NCBI GenBank assembly: GCA_028717885.1
Contig: JAQUMX010000007.1
Location: 1 to 59,684 of the forward strand
From: Candidatus Omnitrophota bacterium
GTDB lineage: Bacteria; Omnitrophota; Gorgyraeia; Gygaellales; Profunditerraquicolaceae
DNA length: 59,684 nucleotides
Direction: 5' to 3'
The translations under genes and the position numbers were made by a program. Position 1 is the first letter of the stretch, and the number at the start of each line of letters is the position of its first letter. Below the pieces are notes generated by a model. It was given only the letters and a program-made list of their open reading frames with translations, had not been told where the DNA came from and did not search any database. Shown in pieces: positions 38,870 through 50,344 of this stretch.

Positions 38870-40571
38870 TTACATAAACCTGTTCCCGTTGCGACTGTTT
38901 AATCCTTAAGTATTTTAAGGTATCGGCTGCGACATTCTTGAATACCGGAGCGGAAACAACACCGCCAAAATAGTACGGATGCGGCTGGTCGAGAATCACG
39001 GCAATGGCGATCTTCGGGTCCTCTGCGGGCGCAAAACCGATAAAAGAAGCGATGTATTTGGAATGTGAATAGGTGCCATTAGGCTCCAGCTTCTGGGCAG
39101 TGCCGGTTTTTCCGGCGGCGCTAAAACCGGGAACCTTGGCAAGCTTTCCTGTCCCCTTCTCTATTACGCCTACAAGGATCTTTTTTACCCTTTCCGCAGT
39201 ATCCAGCGAAATTACCTTGCGGATCATTTGAGGAGAACCTTTTCTGATCGTTACCCCTTCTTTATCGCGCACCTCTTTTACCAGGTACGGCCGCATAAGC
39301 TGGCCTCCGTTGGCAATCACAGAAATTGCGCTCGCCAGCTGCAAAGCAGTAACGCCCACTTCCTGCCCCATTGGCACGCAGACGATAGAAATCTTCGACC
39401 AGAAACGCGGTTCCCTGGTTATGCCGCCGACTTCACCCGGCAAATCAATGCCGCTCTTCGAACCAAAACCAAAAGACCTGATATAATGGTAAAGCGAATT
39501 AGCTCCCAGGAGCTGCGCTACTTTAGAAGTGCCGATGTTGCTTGATTGTTCGATTACCTCCCGAAAAGTCAGCGTTCCGTGCGCCTGATGATCATGCAAA
39601 ACATGGCTGTAAAATTTATAAGCGCCGTTCTCGCAGAAAAACTTATCCTGCTCATCCACTTTGCCTTCTTGCAGCGCTCCGGAAGCTGTGACAATTTTAA
39701 ATACTGACCCCGGCTCAAAGATATCGGTGATAGCGCGGTTACGCCTTTGCTCCAGATTAGCCTTGGTATATTCATTTAAATCAAAGTTGGGACGATTGGC
39801 AAGAGCAAGCACTGCCCCGGTGTGCGGATCAAGCACCACGATACTTGCCGCCAAAGCATTGTTCTTACGATATGCTTTGTCTAATTCGCGTTCCGCGATA
39901 TATTGAATTACTTCATCGATGGTCAGCACCACATCATAGCCGTCTTTCGGAGCAACCATCCTATCCTGCAGGTCGAGTTTTTTCTGCCTGGCATCGCGCA
40001 ATAATTGCGCCCAGCCGGCTTCACCCTTAAGGAATTTATCGTACATTAGCTCGATCCCATCAAGCCCGGAATTATCCAACCCGGCAAACCCAAGCACGTG
40101 GCCGGCAAGATAGCCGTTATGATATGAACGCCTGGTTTCCTTTAAGAAACCAATCCCTTTTAAGTTCAATCTTTTTAACGCTTCGCTTTGTTCGGCATTG
40201 ATTTTGCGCGCTAACCAGACAAAGGCCTTATTGCGGCTAAGCCTATCGCGCAAAAACGGATGGTCAAGATTTAATACGGGGGCAACCTGACGGATGATCG
40301 CCTCTTTTTCGTTATCGCGCAATTCGTTAGGAGTGGCAAAAACCGAATCTACTGCCAGGTTAATTGCCTGAGGCTTCAGGTTCGTATCAAAGATTGTGCC
40401 CCGGCGGGGCTCTAATTCCACGAAAAGATTATGCTGCCTCTTGGCAATTGCGGAAAGGTAGCTGGAGCGGAAAAACTGGATAAAAAGCAGGCGCGCAATA
40501 CAGAAGAGAAAAAAAAGGAAAAAGAATAGGAATACCGCTTTGATCCTGCGGCGATAATTGCTTATATACAC
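38847..40571 (-). CDS. ftsI: Division transpeptidase PBP3
   Basis: RGTIFD, EPGSVFK, SSN, KTGTAQK. Confidence 0.93.
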   Translation of the reverse strand: MYISNYRRRIKAVFLFFFLFFLFCIARLLFIQFFRSSYLSAIAKRQHNLFVELEPRRGTIFDTNLKPQAINLAVDSVFATPNELRDNEKEAIIRQVAPVLNLDHPFLRDRLSRNKAFVWLARKINAEQSEALKRLNLKGIGFLKETRRSYHNGYLAGHVLGFAGLDNSGLDGIELMYDKFLKGEAGWAQLLRDARQKKLDLQDRMVAPKDGYDVVLTIDEVIQYIAERELDKAYRKNNALAASIVVLDPHTGAVLALANRPNFDLNEYTKANLEQRRNRAITDIFEPGSVFKIVTASGALQEGKVDEQDKFFCENGAYKFYSHVLHDHQAHGTLTFREVIEQSSNIGTSKVAQLLGANSLYHYIRSFGFGSKSGIDLPGEVGGITREPRFWSKISIVCVPMGQEVGVTALQLASAISVIANGGQLMRPYLVKEVRDKEGVTIRKGSPQMIRKVISLDTAERVKKILVGVIEKGTGKLAKVPGFSAAGKTGTAQKLEPNGTYSHSKYIASFIGFAPAEDPKIAIAVILDQPHPYYFGGVVSAPVFKNVAADTLKYLRIKQSQREQVYVNEDQISD

Positions 40572-40610
40572 GGAGATCAGCCAGTCTGGTTAACTTGCTG
40601 CTTATAATTT

Positions 40611-40979
40611 TTAAGGATTGATGGTTTTTGCCTGCGCTTCGCGCTTGATGCTAAAAATGCGCGCGATCAGGTTCTCTTTTTTCGGCGCACGCGTATTGAC
40701 TTTCAGGTTCTCCAGGGGGTAAGCTAATTTCACCAGCTGATAGTTCGCCGGGATTTCATAATCCTGGTTCTGTGAGAGCCTTGAACCGATGCGCACCAAA
40801 GAGGCATTTGCTTCTATATTGTATCTTAGAAGGGTATTCTTATCAAGCAATTCCTGGAACATTGCCTGCCTCTTCTGGGCCATATACGCGAGCCGGAAAA
40901 TTTCTGATTGCTGATAGACGTAAAGCACGGAAAAGAATGTGGTAAAAATACAGAAATTGATAAATTTGGAAAGCTTCAT
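40611..40979 (-). CDS. ftsL: FtsL-like protein
   Basis: TM plus leucine heptad; between rsmH and ftsI. Confidence 0.7.
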   Translation of the reverse strand: MKLSKFINFCIFTTFFSVLYVYQQSEIFRLAYMAQKRQAMFQELLDKNTLLRYNIEANASLVRIGSRLSQNQDYEIPANYQLVKLAYPLENLKVNTRAPKKENLIARIFSIKREAQAKTINP

Positions 40980-40981
40980 GC

Positions 40982-41878
40982 TTAGGCCCTTTCTCCAACG
41001 CGCAATTTGCTGCTGCGGCTCGAAGGATTGTTCTTTATCTCCTCGTCCGTAGGCACCAGCGGTTTGGGTGTAATAATTTTAATTAAGCCATCCGAGGCAA
41101 ATTTACGGAAACTGAATTTTACGATCCTATCTTCCAGCGAATGAAAAGAGATTACGCAGATCCTCGCCTTATGATTAAGGAAACTAATCGTTTTGTCCAA
41201 TGCTGCCTGTAAAGTTTCTAGTTCGCGGTTAACGGCAATACGTATTGCCTGAAAAGTGCGGGTCGCAGGATGGATACGGTAATAGCGGAACTTATAAGGA
41301 AGGGCTTTGATCACGACTTCGGATAATTCACGAGTAGTGCTAATAGCATGCTTCTGCCTTTCCCGGACCAAATACCTGGCAATGCGGTTCGACCATCTCT
41401 CCTCGCCGAAATTACGCAAAAGAGTAGAAATTTCTTCTTCGTTGAGGTTATTCACCAGGTCATAGGCGGAAATATAACTATTCTGGTCTAAACGCATGTC
41501 CAAAGGCCCCTCGCTCTGAAAACTAAAACCGCGCTGCGGGTCTTCCAGCTGCACGGAAGAAATCCCCAAATCGAAAATAATCCCGTCGATTTTTTTTACT
41601 TTCAAATCGCCGAGAATTTTATCGATCTGCGCGAAATTCCCGTAAACTAACTCCGTAGAATCCTTAAATTTACTCAGCCTCTCCCCGGCAATTTTCAATG
41701 CGTCCTGGTCACGGTCAATGCCGATAAGCCTTCCTCCCGGAGTAATTTTCTCCAGTATTGCCAGGCTATGGCCTGCCGTGCCTAAAGTAGCGTCGACAAT
41801 TACTTTGCCAGGAGCTAAATTCAAATGATCTATAACTTCCCCCAGCATTACGGGGAGATGGTATTTCGCTTGGATCAT
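40982..41878 (-). CDS. rsmH: 16S rRNA m4C1402 methyltransferase
   Basis: HLPVML, DATLGTAGHS, DLGISS.Q, FQAIRIAVN, SFHSLEDR. Confidence 0.97.
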   Translation of the reverse strand: MIQAKYHLPVMLGEVIDHLNLAPGKVIVDATLGTAGHSLAILEKITPGGRLIGIDRDQDALKIAGERLSKFKDSTELVYGNFAQIDKILGDLKVKKIDGIIFDLGISSVQLEDPQRGFSFQSEGPLDMRLDQNSYISAYDLVNNLNEEEISTLLRNFGEERWSNRIARYLVRERQKHAISTTRELSEVVIKALPYKFRYYRIHPATRTFQAIRIAVNRELETLQAALDKTISFLNHKARICVISFHSLEDRIVKFSFRKFASDGLIKIITPKPLVPTDEEIKNNPSSRSSKLRVGERA

Positions 41879-42315
41879 CAGACATCCATTAATTTTTCGG
41901 CAATCTCTTCAAATGATGACCGGGAATTGCCGTAAAATTCTTTCCATTTATCCTGGGACCAAATCTCTATCCTATTAGAAACGCCGACGACCATCACGTC
42001 TCTTTTGATCTCGGCAAAATCTTTCAGGTACTGCGGCAAAAGGATCCTGCCCTGGCGGTCAGGCGCAAGCTCCACAGCTCCGGAAAAATATAATCGGTTA
42101 AAAACACGCGCCTGTTGCTTGGTAAAGGGAATAGATTTAAATTTTACTTCCTGGGCCTTCCATTCTTCTTCTGCAAACATGAAAAGGCATTTGTCTAAAC
42201 CGCGGGTAGCAAAGAATTTTTCTACGAAATTACCTTTGGCAACTTCGCGGAACTTAGCAGGCAAAATCAACCTACCCTTACGGTCTATAGAATGTTGGTA
42301 CTCACCGTAAAACAT
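41878..42315 (-). CDS. mraZ: Division/cell wall cluster repressor MraZ
   Basis: MFYGEY.H.ID.KGR, D.QGRI..P, EIW. Start set at ATG 42315 rather than GTG 42330. Confidence 0.96.
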   Translation of the reverse strand: MFYGEYQHSIDRKGRLILPAKFREVAKGNFVEKFFATRGLDKCLFMFAEEEWKAQEVKFKSIPFTKQQARVFNRLYFSGAVELAPDRQGRILLPQYLKDFAEIKRDVMVVGVSNRIEIWSQDKWKEFYGNSRSSFEEIAEKLMDV

Positions 42316-42340
42316 ACCACTCCCCTCCACTTTATTCCAC
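42316..42340 (-). promoter_or_regulatory. MraZ operator: three GTGG(A/T) boxes at 10-bp period
   Basis: GTGGA-ATAAA-GTGGA-GGGGA-GTGGT immediately before the ATG. Confidence 0.85.
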
Positions 42341-42351
42341 TGTGTATGCCA

Positions 42352-42380
42352 AGTATAGGAAGAATCTTAATTTTTGTCAA
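42352..42380 (-). promoter_or_regulatory. dcw (mraZ) promoter
   Basis: TTGACA-17 bp-TATACT. Confidence 0.85.
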
Positions 42381-42458
42381 GATAAATATTTTCCTAACTT
42401 GAATAAATACAATAAATAGTGGTTTTTGCTTAAAAAATGGGCATATCTTGTGGTATGC

Positions 42459-43385
42459 TTAAGGGTGGGAAAATCTGGTTTTAGCGGTTTTTAAATCTTT
42501 TTTTACCTGGTTAATTAAAGCGGCGGTATTGCCGAATTTCCGTGCTTGCCTTAGCTTTTTAAAAAAAAGCAGTTCCAAATCTTTTCCGTAAAGATTCCCC
42601 TTAAAATCAAAAATATGTACTTCGATATGCGTGTCCCTTTCTAATTTTGTTTCTATGCGCTGTTGAATAAAGGTTGGCTTCGGGCCAATGTAGCAAACCG
42701 CGTTAAATTTTTTCTTTTTAAGCGCAGTCCTGACTAAATACACTCCCGCCGGAGGCAAAACTTCATGATGCGGATCCAGGTTTGCCGTAGGAAACCCAAA
42801 TTTTCTCGCTAAAGAAGTGCCATGGATTACCGTCCCCAAAACGCTTACCGGGCGCAGCAGCAATTTTTCTGCGGTTTTTAAATTTCCTTTTCTGATTAAT
42901 TCGCGTAAAAATGTGCTGCTAACGGGCTTGCCACGATAATACATTATTCGGTATGTTTTTAACCCGTAGGAATAAATTTGCGAAAACTTTTTTAAAAGCT
43001 TAACACCTCCTGCGGCGTAACGGCCGAAACGAAAATTTTCTCCGACAAAAATATATTTTGCGCCGATTTTTTTTACTAAGATTTTGCTGATGAAATCTTG
43101 CGCGGATAGTTGGGAAAACTTGCGGTCGAACCTAATCACTATTGCTGCATCTGCGCCTAATCCTGCGATTAAATTCAGGCGGTGATTCAGGGAATAAAGG
43201 CTCTTTGCCTGGCGCGGGTGCGGCCAAAAAGTAACTACCAGGCTCGTGCCTTTAATTAGGCGCGCCCTCTTTACCGCGTCCCCAATAATCTTGCGGTGCG
43301 CCAGATGCACGCCGTCAAATATCCCCAGCGCTACTACTGGCCGGGTAAATTTTTTAATCTTGCTAATGCCGTTAATAATTTGCAT
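42459..43385 (-). CDS. ribF: Bifunctional riboflavin kinase/FAD synthetase
   Basis: GIFDGVHLAH, GENFRFG, SST..R, GFPTANL, EVHIFDF. Confidence 0.96.
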   Translation of the reverse strand: MQIINGISKIKKFTRPVVALGIFDGVHLAHRKIIGDAVKRARLIKGTSLVVTFWPHPRQAKSLYSLNHRLNLIAGLGADAAIVIRFDRKFSQLSAQDFISKILVKKIGAKYIFVGENFRFGRYAAGGVKLLKKFSQIYSYGLKTYRIMYYRGKPVSSTFLRELIRKGNLKTAEKLLLRPVSVLGTVIHGTSLARKFGFPTANLDPHHEVLPPAGVYLVRTALKKKKFNAVCYIGPKPTFIQQRIETKLERDTHIEVHIFDFKGNLYGKDLELLFFKKLRQARKFGNTAALINQVKKDLKTAKTRFSHP

Positions 43386-43402
43386 AATCTCTCTATTCTT
43401 TT

Positions 43403-43567
43403 TGTTGTGTGCATTTGCTCGCGCACTGAAAATTTTTGCCGTGCACTACGGTTTACGCCTCACTCTCGCGCAGTAGGCTAACGCAGGTCGCGAGCTCTCG
43501 TTCGGCGTATATCCTTGTGCACTTTTGCCAAAAATTTTCTTATGTGCGCTCCCAAACGCCCACAACA
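43403..43567. repeat. 165-nt nested imperfect inverted repeat (rod hairpin)
   Basis: TGTTGTG/CACAACA, GCGCAC/GTGCGC, GAAAATTTTTG/CAAAAATTTTC, GTGCAC/GTGCAC, TACGCC/GGCGTA, CTCGCG/CGCGAG, nested in order. Confidence 0.9.
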
Positions 43568-43611
43568 GCGACTTTGAGCGAGAAGCCACGACAGATTCAT
43601 TTAGATACTTT

Positions 43612-44589
43612 TCAAATAGCGGCGACTGCGGCTTTGACTTTGCTCAAGACTTTGCTGCGGACAACAGGCAATCGGCCGTGAATGGTGGCACCTGCCGCGG
43701 TTTTATGCCCGCCTCCGCCAAATATGCGCGCAATCTTATTCACATCCACCCTGCCGTGCGAACGGAAATTTACCCTGATCTCGTTTTTTGCGCCTAAATT
43801 TTCCTTAAACAAACAGACAACCTCTACGCCTTCGATTGCCCTGCCGAAACTCAAGATATGCTCGGAAAGGTCAAAGGATATTTTCTTCCCTGCCCATAAT
43901 TTCCGCTCTAACTCGAACCAAACAACCCTGCCCGCAAACGCGCGTTTTATTCCCGGCAGTATGTTGCCTAATAATTTCATATCCGAGAAGGGAATAGTTT
44001 CATAGATTTGACGGTAAATGGCATTGACCTTTAAACCGCATTCCATGAGCTCTGCGGCTGCGCGGTGTGTTGCGCCGGAAGTATTCGAATAATGAAATGA
44101 ACCCGTGTCTGTAAGTATCCCGACATACAAAGCAAGCGCGCTGTTTTTTTCGAAAGGAACGCCCATTTTCTTATAAAGCTTATAAACCATTTCCGATGCC
44201 GAAGAAGTATCGGGCTCTACCCAGTTTACATCTGCGAATATTTCATTACTGATATGATGGTCGATATTAATAACGGCCTTGCCTTTTAAATCGATCTTCC
44301 CGACTTCCCCTGCCCGCCTTAAGTCCGAACAATCCAATATTACCAAACAATCGAAATCAATTTTTGTTTTCCCTCTTCTGAACCTTTTGATAATCTTACC
44401 TTCCGGTAAAAACTCGTAACCATAGGGAATAGTATCGTCGTCTACGATAACGGCGCGCTTTCCGATGGCTTTAAGTAAATAGTAAAGCCCGATCTGGGAA
44501 CCCAACGCATCTCCCTCCAGGTTAACGTGGCTGGTAATCAAAAAGTTATTTTCTTTTTTTAGGCTTGCGATTACTTTTTTTAGACTCAT
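43612..44589 (-). CDS. nrnA: DHH/DHHA1 nanoRNase / pAp phosphatase
   Basis: H...GDALGS, DC, IDHH, DTGSF, GGGHKTAAG. Confidence 0.92.
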   Translation of the reverse strand: MSLKKVIASLKKENNFLITSHVNLEGDALGSQIGLYYLLKAIGKRAVIVDDDTIPYGYEFLPEGKIIKRFRRGKTKIDFDCLVILDCSDLRRAGEVGKIDLKGKAVINIDHHISNEIFADVNWVEPDTSSASEMVYKLYKKMGVPFEKNSALALYVGILTDTGSFHYSNTSGATHRAAAELMECGLKVNAIYRQIYETIPFSDMKLLGNILPGIKRAFAGRVVWFELERKLWAGKKISFDLSEHILSFGRAIEGVEVVCLFKENLGAKNEIRVNFRSHGRVDVNKIARIFGGGGHKTAAGATIHGRLPVVRSKVLSKVKAAVAAI

Positions 44590-44938
44590 CTCTCTCCTTA
44601 TCTAGTTCTTTTATTTCATCCAGGACCTTCTGGATATGCACGCTATATTCGCTGGACCTGTCTTCCCTGAAGGATAACTCCGGGACAAAGCGCAGCTGGA
44701 TCCGTTCGGCAATTAATTTGCGGATAAACCCTAAGCCGGAATCCAGCGCTTTTTTGGTTTTTGCGTAATCCTCGTCATTACCCAAGACGCTAAAAAAAAT
44801 CTTAGCGTAGCGCAAGTCAGCGGTAACCTCTACATTGGTAATCGTCACAAAACCTAACCTCGGGTCCTTTAACTCCCCCTGCAGGATAATGCTCACTTCT
44901 TTCCTGATTGCTTCCGCTACCTTTTCGTTTCTTGCCAT
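44546..44938 (-). CDS. rbfA: Ribosome-binding factor A
   Basis: KDPRL.FVTIT.V, DLRYAKI, LR..PEL.F..D.S. Confidence 0.96.
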   Translation of the reverse strand: MARNEKVAEAIRKEVSIILQGELKDPRLGFVTITNVEVTADLRYAKIFFSVLGNDEDYAKTKKALDSGLGFIRKLIAERIQLRFVPELSFREDRSSEYSVHIQKVLDEIKELDKERDESKKSNRKPKKRK

Positions 44939-44945
44939 TTTATCT

Positions 44946-46274
44946 TTAACTTCCTTTCTTGGTTAATTTCGTAATCAAGGCAATCTCTTCTTCCTTGGTC
45001 TTTACCTTGCCGTTTAACCTGGCCTTTAGGAGAGAATCGAATATTTTTTTATAATGCGGCCCGGGCTCAATCCCCAACTTGCGCAGGTCTTCCCCCTTTG
45101 TGTGCGGCCGCAAGCCATTAAACTCTTTGAAAAAAACCTGAATATTTTTTTGCAAGCAGATATTTCTGTATTTAGCCTTCAGCGCAATCAGGACTTCGTA
45201 ACTTAATGGCTCAAGGGCCTGAAAGATCTGCGATGGCTTAATATTCTTGCCGCATAAATTCTTGATTATGCGCGGGCTTAAATCTTTAAAACTTAAAATT
45301 CTTTTCTTCACTCCCGAAGGAAAAGCAAACCTCCGGCAAAAATCTCTTACCTGTGCCAATTTCAAAACATCCAACATGCCTATTAGATAAACCAACCAGC
45401 TCTCCAGCTGCCGGCGATGGGCATACTGGCGCTCAAACCAGCTAATTTCCCGGCTGATGCCCTTAAGCAGCTCCAACTGCTTATCGGATAAGGTTAAACG
45501 AGGGTGCATAAAAGTAAAACCGGACAGTTTTCTTACCCTGTTAACCTGGCGCACCGGATCATACTCTTTTAAAACCAGGACCAGCTCATCGCGCAATCTT
45601 TGCGGCTCGACACTATTTAATGCTTTTTCCCTGCAGCTTTTTTGCAAAAGCTTAAGCGTATGCGGCTCGATCCTGAAATTAAAGCGCTGTTCAAAACGGA
45701 TTGCCCGCAAAATACGCGTCGGGTCGTCAACAAAACTTAAATCGTGCAAAACGCGGATCTTTTTATGCGCTAAATCTGCCTTGCCGTTAAAAATATCGAC
45801 CAGCTTGCCGTAATTTTTTCCCGAGATAGATATTGCCATAGCGTTAATCGTAAAATCCCTGCGAAAGGCGTCGTCTTCCAGGCAACCGGGAGTTACTTCG
45901 GGCAGAGATGCCGGGTGCGGGTAAATTTCTTTTCTCGCGGTAGCAATATCGATCTTTCGAATACTCTCAAGATCGATGGTGAGCAAGGGCGAACCATCGA
46001 TTTTTAATTTATGCGCCAAGGCCAAGGTAGCAGTGCCAAACCTCCGGTGGCGGGTGATCTTGGCGTTGAATTTTTCGCCTAATTTTTCTGCGAAAGCTAT
46101 GCCATCCCCCTCAATTACGATATCCAAATCGAAATTATCCACTCCCAAAATCAAATCCCGGACAAAACCGCCCACCAGATAAGCAGGCATATCCATCTCG
46201 GCAGCAAGCTTTCCGATTAAATGCAATATTTCCTGAAGGTCTTTAGGCAATTTTTCCAAATATTCTTTCATCAA
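44946..46274 (-). CDS. cca: CCA-adding enzyme / poly(A) polymerase family nucleotidyltransferase
   Basis: VGGFVRD, DLD, FGT, DIATAR.E, RRDFTINAMA, DDPTRILRAIRF. Confidence 0.9.
   Translation of the reverse strand: MMKEYLEKLPKDLQEILHLIGKLAAEMDMPAYLVGGFVRDLILGVDNFDLDIVIEGDGIAFAEKLGEKFNAKITRHRRFGTATLALAHKLKIDGSPLLTIDLESIRKIDIATARKEIYPHPASLPEVTPGCLEDDAFRRDFTINAMAISISGKNYGKLVDIFNGKADLAHKKIRVLHDLSFVDDPTRILRAIRFEQRFNFRIEPHTLKLLQKSCREKALNSVEPQRLRDELVLVLKEYDPVRQVNRVRKLSGFTFMHPRLTLSDKQLELLKGISREISWFERQYAHRRQLESWLVYLIGMLDVLKLAQVRDFCRRFAFPSGVKKRILSFKDLSPRIIKNLCGKNIKPSQIFQALEPLSYEVLIALKAKYRNICLQKNIQVFFKEFNGLRPHTKGEDLRKLGIEPGPHYKKIFDSLLKARLNGKVKTKEEEIALITKLTKKGS
45948..46001. repeat. Back-to-back hairpin doublet inserted in frame in cca
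   Basis: Three ATCGAT at exact 24-nt spacing (45948, 45972, 45996); two hairpins share the middle copy; adds GSPLLTID-LESIRKID. Confidence 0.85.
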
Positions 46275-46289
46275 AATTTTTCCTTCTAC

Positions 46290-47177
46290 TTAAGGCCTGG
46301 GATGATACATCCGATGTATTGCCTTGAGCCGCTCCTTATTTACATGCGTGTAAATTTGGGTCGTGGAAATATTCGCATGCCCCAGCATTTCCTGAACCGA
46401 ACGTAAATCTGCCCCTCTTTCCAAAAGATGGGTTGCAAAAGAATGCCTCAACAAATGCGGCTTGATCGCTTTTTTGATCCCGGCGCTCCTGGCGTATTTT
46501 TTGATTAACTTCCAGAATGATTGCCGGGAAATTTTCCCGCCCATGCGGTTTAAAAAAAGGAATTCGCTTGTCTTTTTGCCTAACAGCTTAGGCCGGCTTG
46601 CTTCCAAGTAGCGTTTAATCGAAGCAATTGCCTTTTTTCCCAGCGGGATTACCCGCTCCTTATTGCCTTTGCCGATGCAGCGCAAAAAACCGATCTCTAA
46701 ATTTACATTATCCTGCCTTAAGTTTACTGCTTCCGAAACGCGCATTCCCGAAGCATATAGAGTTTCCAGGATTGCTTTGTCCCGGAGCCCCTGGATATGG
46801 CGGCTATCGGGCTGGTTAAGCAACATTTCCACTTCGCCTACGGAAAGCGATTCGGGAATCCGTTTCCAGAGCTTAGGAGTTTCTACCAGGCTGGTAGGAT
46901 CCGTGTTCAGAATTCTTTCCCTGACGCAAAAACGGTAAAATGATTTTATCGCTGCCAAACGCCGGGCAATGGAATTTGCTCCGATGCCTTTATTTTTTTG
47001 AAAAAGCATGAAATCGGTGACATTGTTCCTATTCGTCTGCGATAAAGCATTAATGGATTTTCCGGTAATATAATCGAAGTAGGCATTCAGGTCCTGGCGA
47101 TAGGAAGAAATCGTATTATTCGCTAACCCTCGCTCTACCGAAAGATAATCTAAAAAAGTATTAATAAATTCTTTCAT
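46290..47177 (-). CDS. xerD: Tyrosine recombinase XerD
   Basis: SVERGL..NT, G.R..E, GKGNKER, HLLRHSFATHLL, LGHA..STTQIYTH. Confidence 0.92.
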   Translation of the reverse strand: MKEFINTFLDYLSVERGLANNTISSYRQDLNAYFDYITGKSINALSQTNRNNVTDFMLFQKNKGIGANSIARRLAAIKSFYRFCVRERILNTDPTSLVETPKLWKRIPESLSVGEVEMLLNQPDSRHIQGLRDKAILETLYASGMRVSEAVNLRQDNVNLEIGFLRCIGKGNKERVIPLGKKAIASIKRYLEASRPKLLGKKTSEFLFLNRMGGKISRQSFWKLIKKYARSAGIKKAIKPHLLRHSFATHLLERGADLRSVQEMLGHANISTTQIYTHVNKERLKAIHRMYHPRP

Positions 47178-47800
47178 CTTTCGCGCAAGAACTGGTTGTG
47201 TTTTTTCTCCAGGCCGATAGTAGAATCCGGGCCGTGCCCAGGATAAATAATCGTTGTATCGGCAAACCCAAGCAGCCGCGCCTTAATCGCATCAATGAGC
47301 TGTTCGTGGCTGCCCCCGGGAAAATCGGTCCTGCCGACACTACGGTAAAACAAGGTGTCTCCGGTAAATATAATGTTATTCTCCGGGCGGAGCAAATGCA
47401 GGCTGATGCCTCCCGGAGTATGCCCTGGGGTATGGATTACTTCCAGCTCGATGCCTTCAAATTGGATCTTTTGCCCGTCTTCCAAAGGGTTAATTTCCGC
47501 AGCCACGGCAAATGAATTCCCCAGAAAAGTGGAAAAATTCCTGCTGGCATCCCTTAACAGTTCCACATCGTCTTTGTGCACAAAAATCGGCACCCCAAAT
47601 TTTTCATCGCAGCCGATATGGTCGTAATGGCCGTGGGTATTGACTACCATTGCCGGCTTAAGCCCATGCTTGTTTAAGGCGCGGCGAATCTTCTGTTCGT
47701 CAGCTCCTGGATCTATGATGATTGCCGCAGAATTTTCTTTAGCCGCCAAAATATAACAATTAGTTTCCAAAGGCCCGACGGAAATAGTTTCTAAAATCAT
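47174..47800 (-). CDS. MBL-fold hydrolase (glyoxalase II-like)
   Basis: THGHYDHIG, TPGHTPG, GDTLF, PGHG. Confidence 0.92.
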   Translation of the reverse strand: MILETISVGPLETNCYILAAKENSAAIIIDPGADEQKIRRALNKHGLKPAMVVNTHGHYDHIGCDEKFGVPIFVHKDDVELLRDASRNFSTFLGNSFAVAAEINPLEDGQKIQFEGIELEVIHTPGHTPGGISLHLLRPENNIIFTGDTLFYRSVGRTDFPGGSHEQLIDAIKARLLGFADTTIIYPGHGPDSTIGLEKKHNQFLRER

Positions 47801-48291
47801 GCGATATGCCCTTTTACTTTATCATAAGAAAACTCGCGCTTGATGCGCATCTTCAGCCGGTCAGCAGTGCCGCGATTGATAAAAGCATTGGTTCCGTATG
47901 TATCCAGCTTCACCGCATCCTGCAGGTCTTTTAGCTGGGCGACAAGGACATCTAGCTGTTTTTGTTTTTCACCGCCAAGCATATTCCTTAAGTAAATCAG
48001 GTTTTTCATCGCCTGGTCAGCACAGCTTACCTGTTTTTTATGGTTTGTCGAACGGGCCAATGCCTCGACCAACTCATCCTGCCAGCTTTGCCAATATAAA
48101 AAGTACTGGCGGTAAAGCTGCTCTTTAGACATTGTCTGTTTATATTCCTGAGGCTCGAGCACCATTTCTTCCCGGGGAAGATTCTCCTTTTTTTTCTTCC
48201 GGGTGAATTTACGCACAAAAGCATCGCATCCGGAAAGAAGCACGGCAAATGACAAAATCCATACCAGCAAACATAAATTCTTCCTGCTCAT
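47797..48291 (-). CDS. Hypothetical lipoprotein
   Basis: Signal peptide with lipobox LSG-C; tightly coupled to its neighbours. Confidence 0.75.
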   Translation of the reverse strand: MSRKNLCLLVWILSFAVLLSGCDAFVRKFTRKKKKENLPREEMVLEPQEYKQTMSKEQLYRQYFLYWQSWQDELVEALARSTNHKKQVSCADQAMKNLIYLRNMLGGEKQKQLDVLVAQLKDLQDAVKLDTYGTNAFINRGTADRLKMRIKREFSYDKVKGHIA

Positions 48292-48330
48292 TTTATCATC
48301 TCCTTTCCCACCAAATTATCTAATTATCGG

Positions 48331-48342
48331 GCGGGATCCCGC
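48331..48342. repeat. 12-bp perfect palindrome GCGGGATCCCGC
   Basis: Intergenic, directly after the ligA stop. Confidence 0.55.
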
Positions 48343-48349
48343 AAGCTAT

Positions 48350-50344
<1,995 letters not shown>

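Noticed and set aside
42316-42330. GTG start giving MEGSG-MFYGE for MraZ
   Set aside because: The extension is the MraZ operator/SD; family N-termini start at MF.G.
42620-42665. Possible repeat-derived insertion in RibF (QQRIETKLERDT)
   Set aside because: No clear 7-nt period or palindrome in the DNA.
43436-43797. ORFs across the 165-nt inverted repeat
   Set aside because: No motifs or SD; by-products of the palindrome.
46290-47177. Tyrosine recombinase as a mobile-element integrase
   Set aside because: Typical chromosomal XerD sequence within a housekeeping operon; no att sites or cargo.
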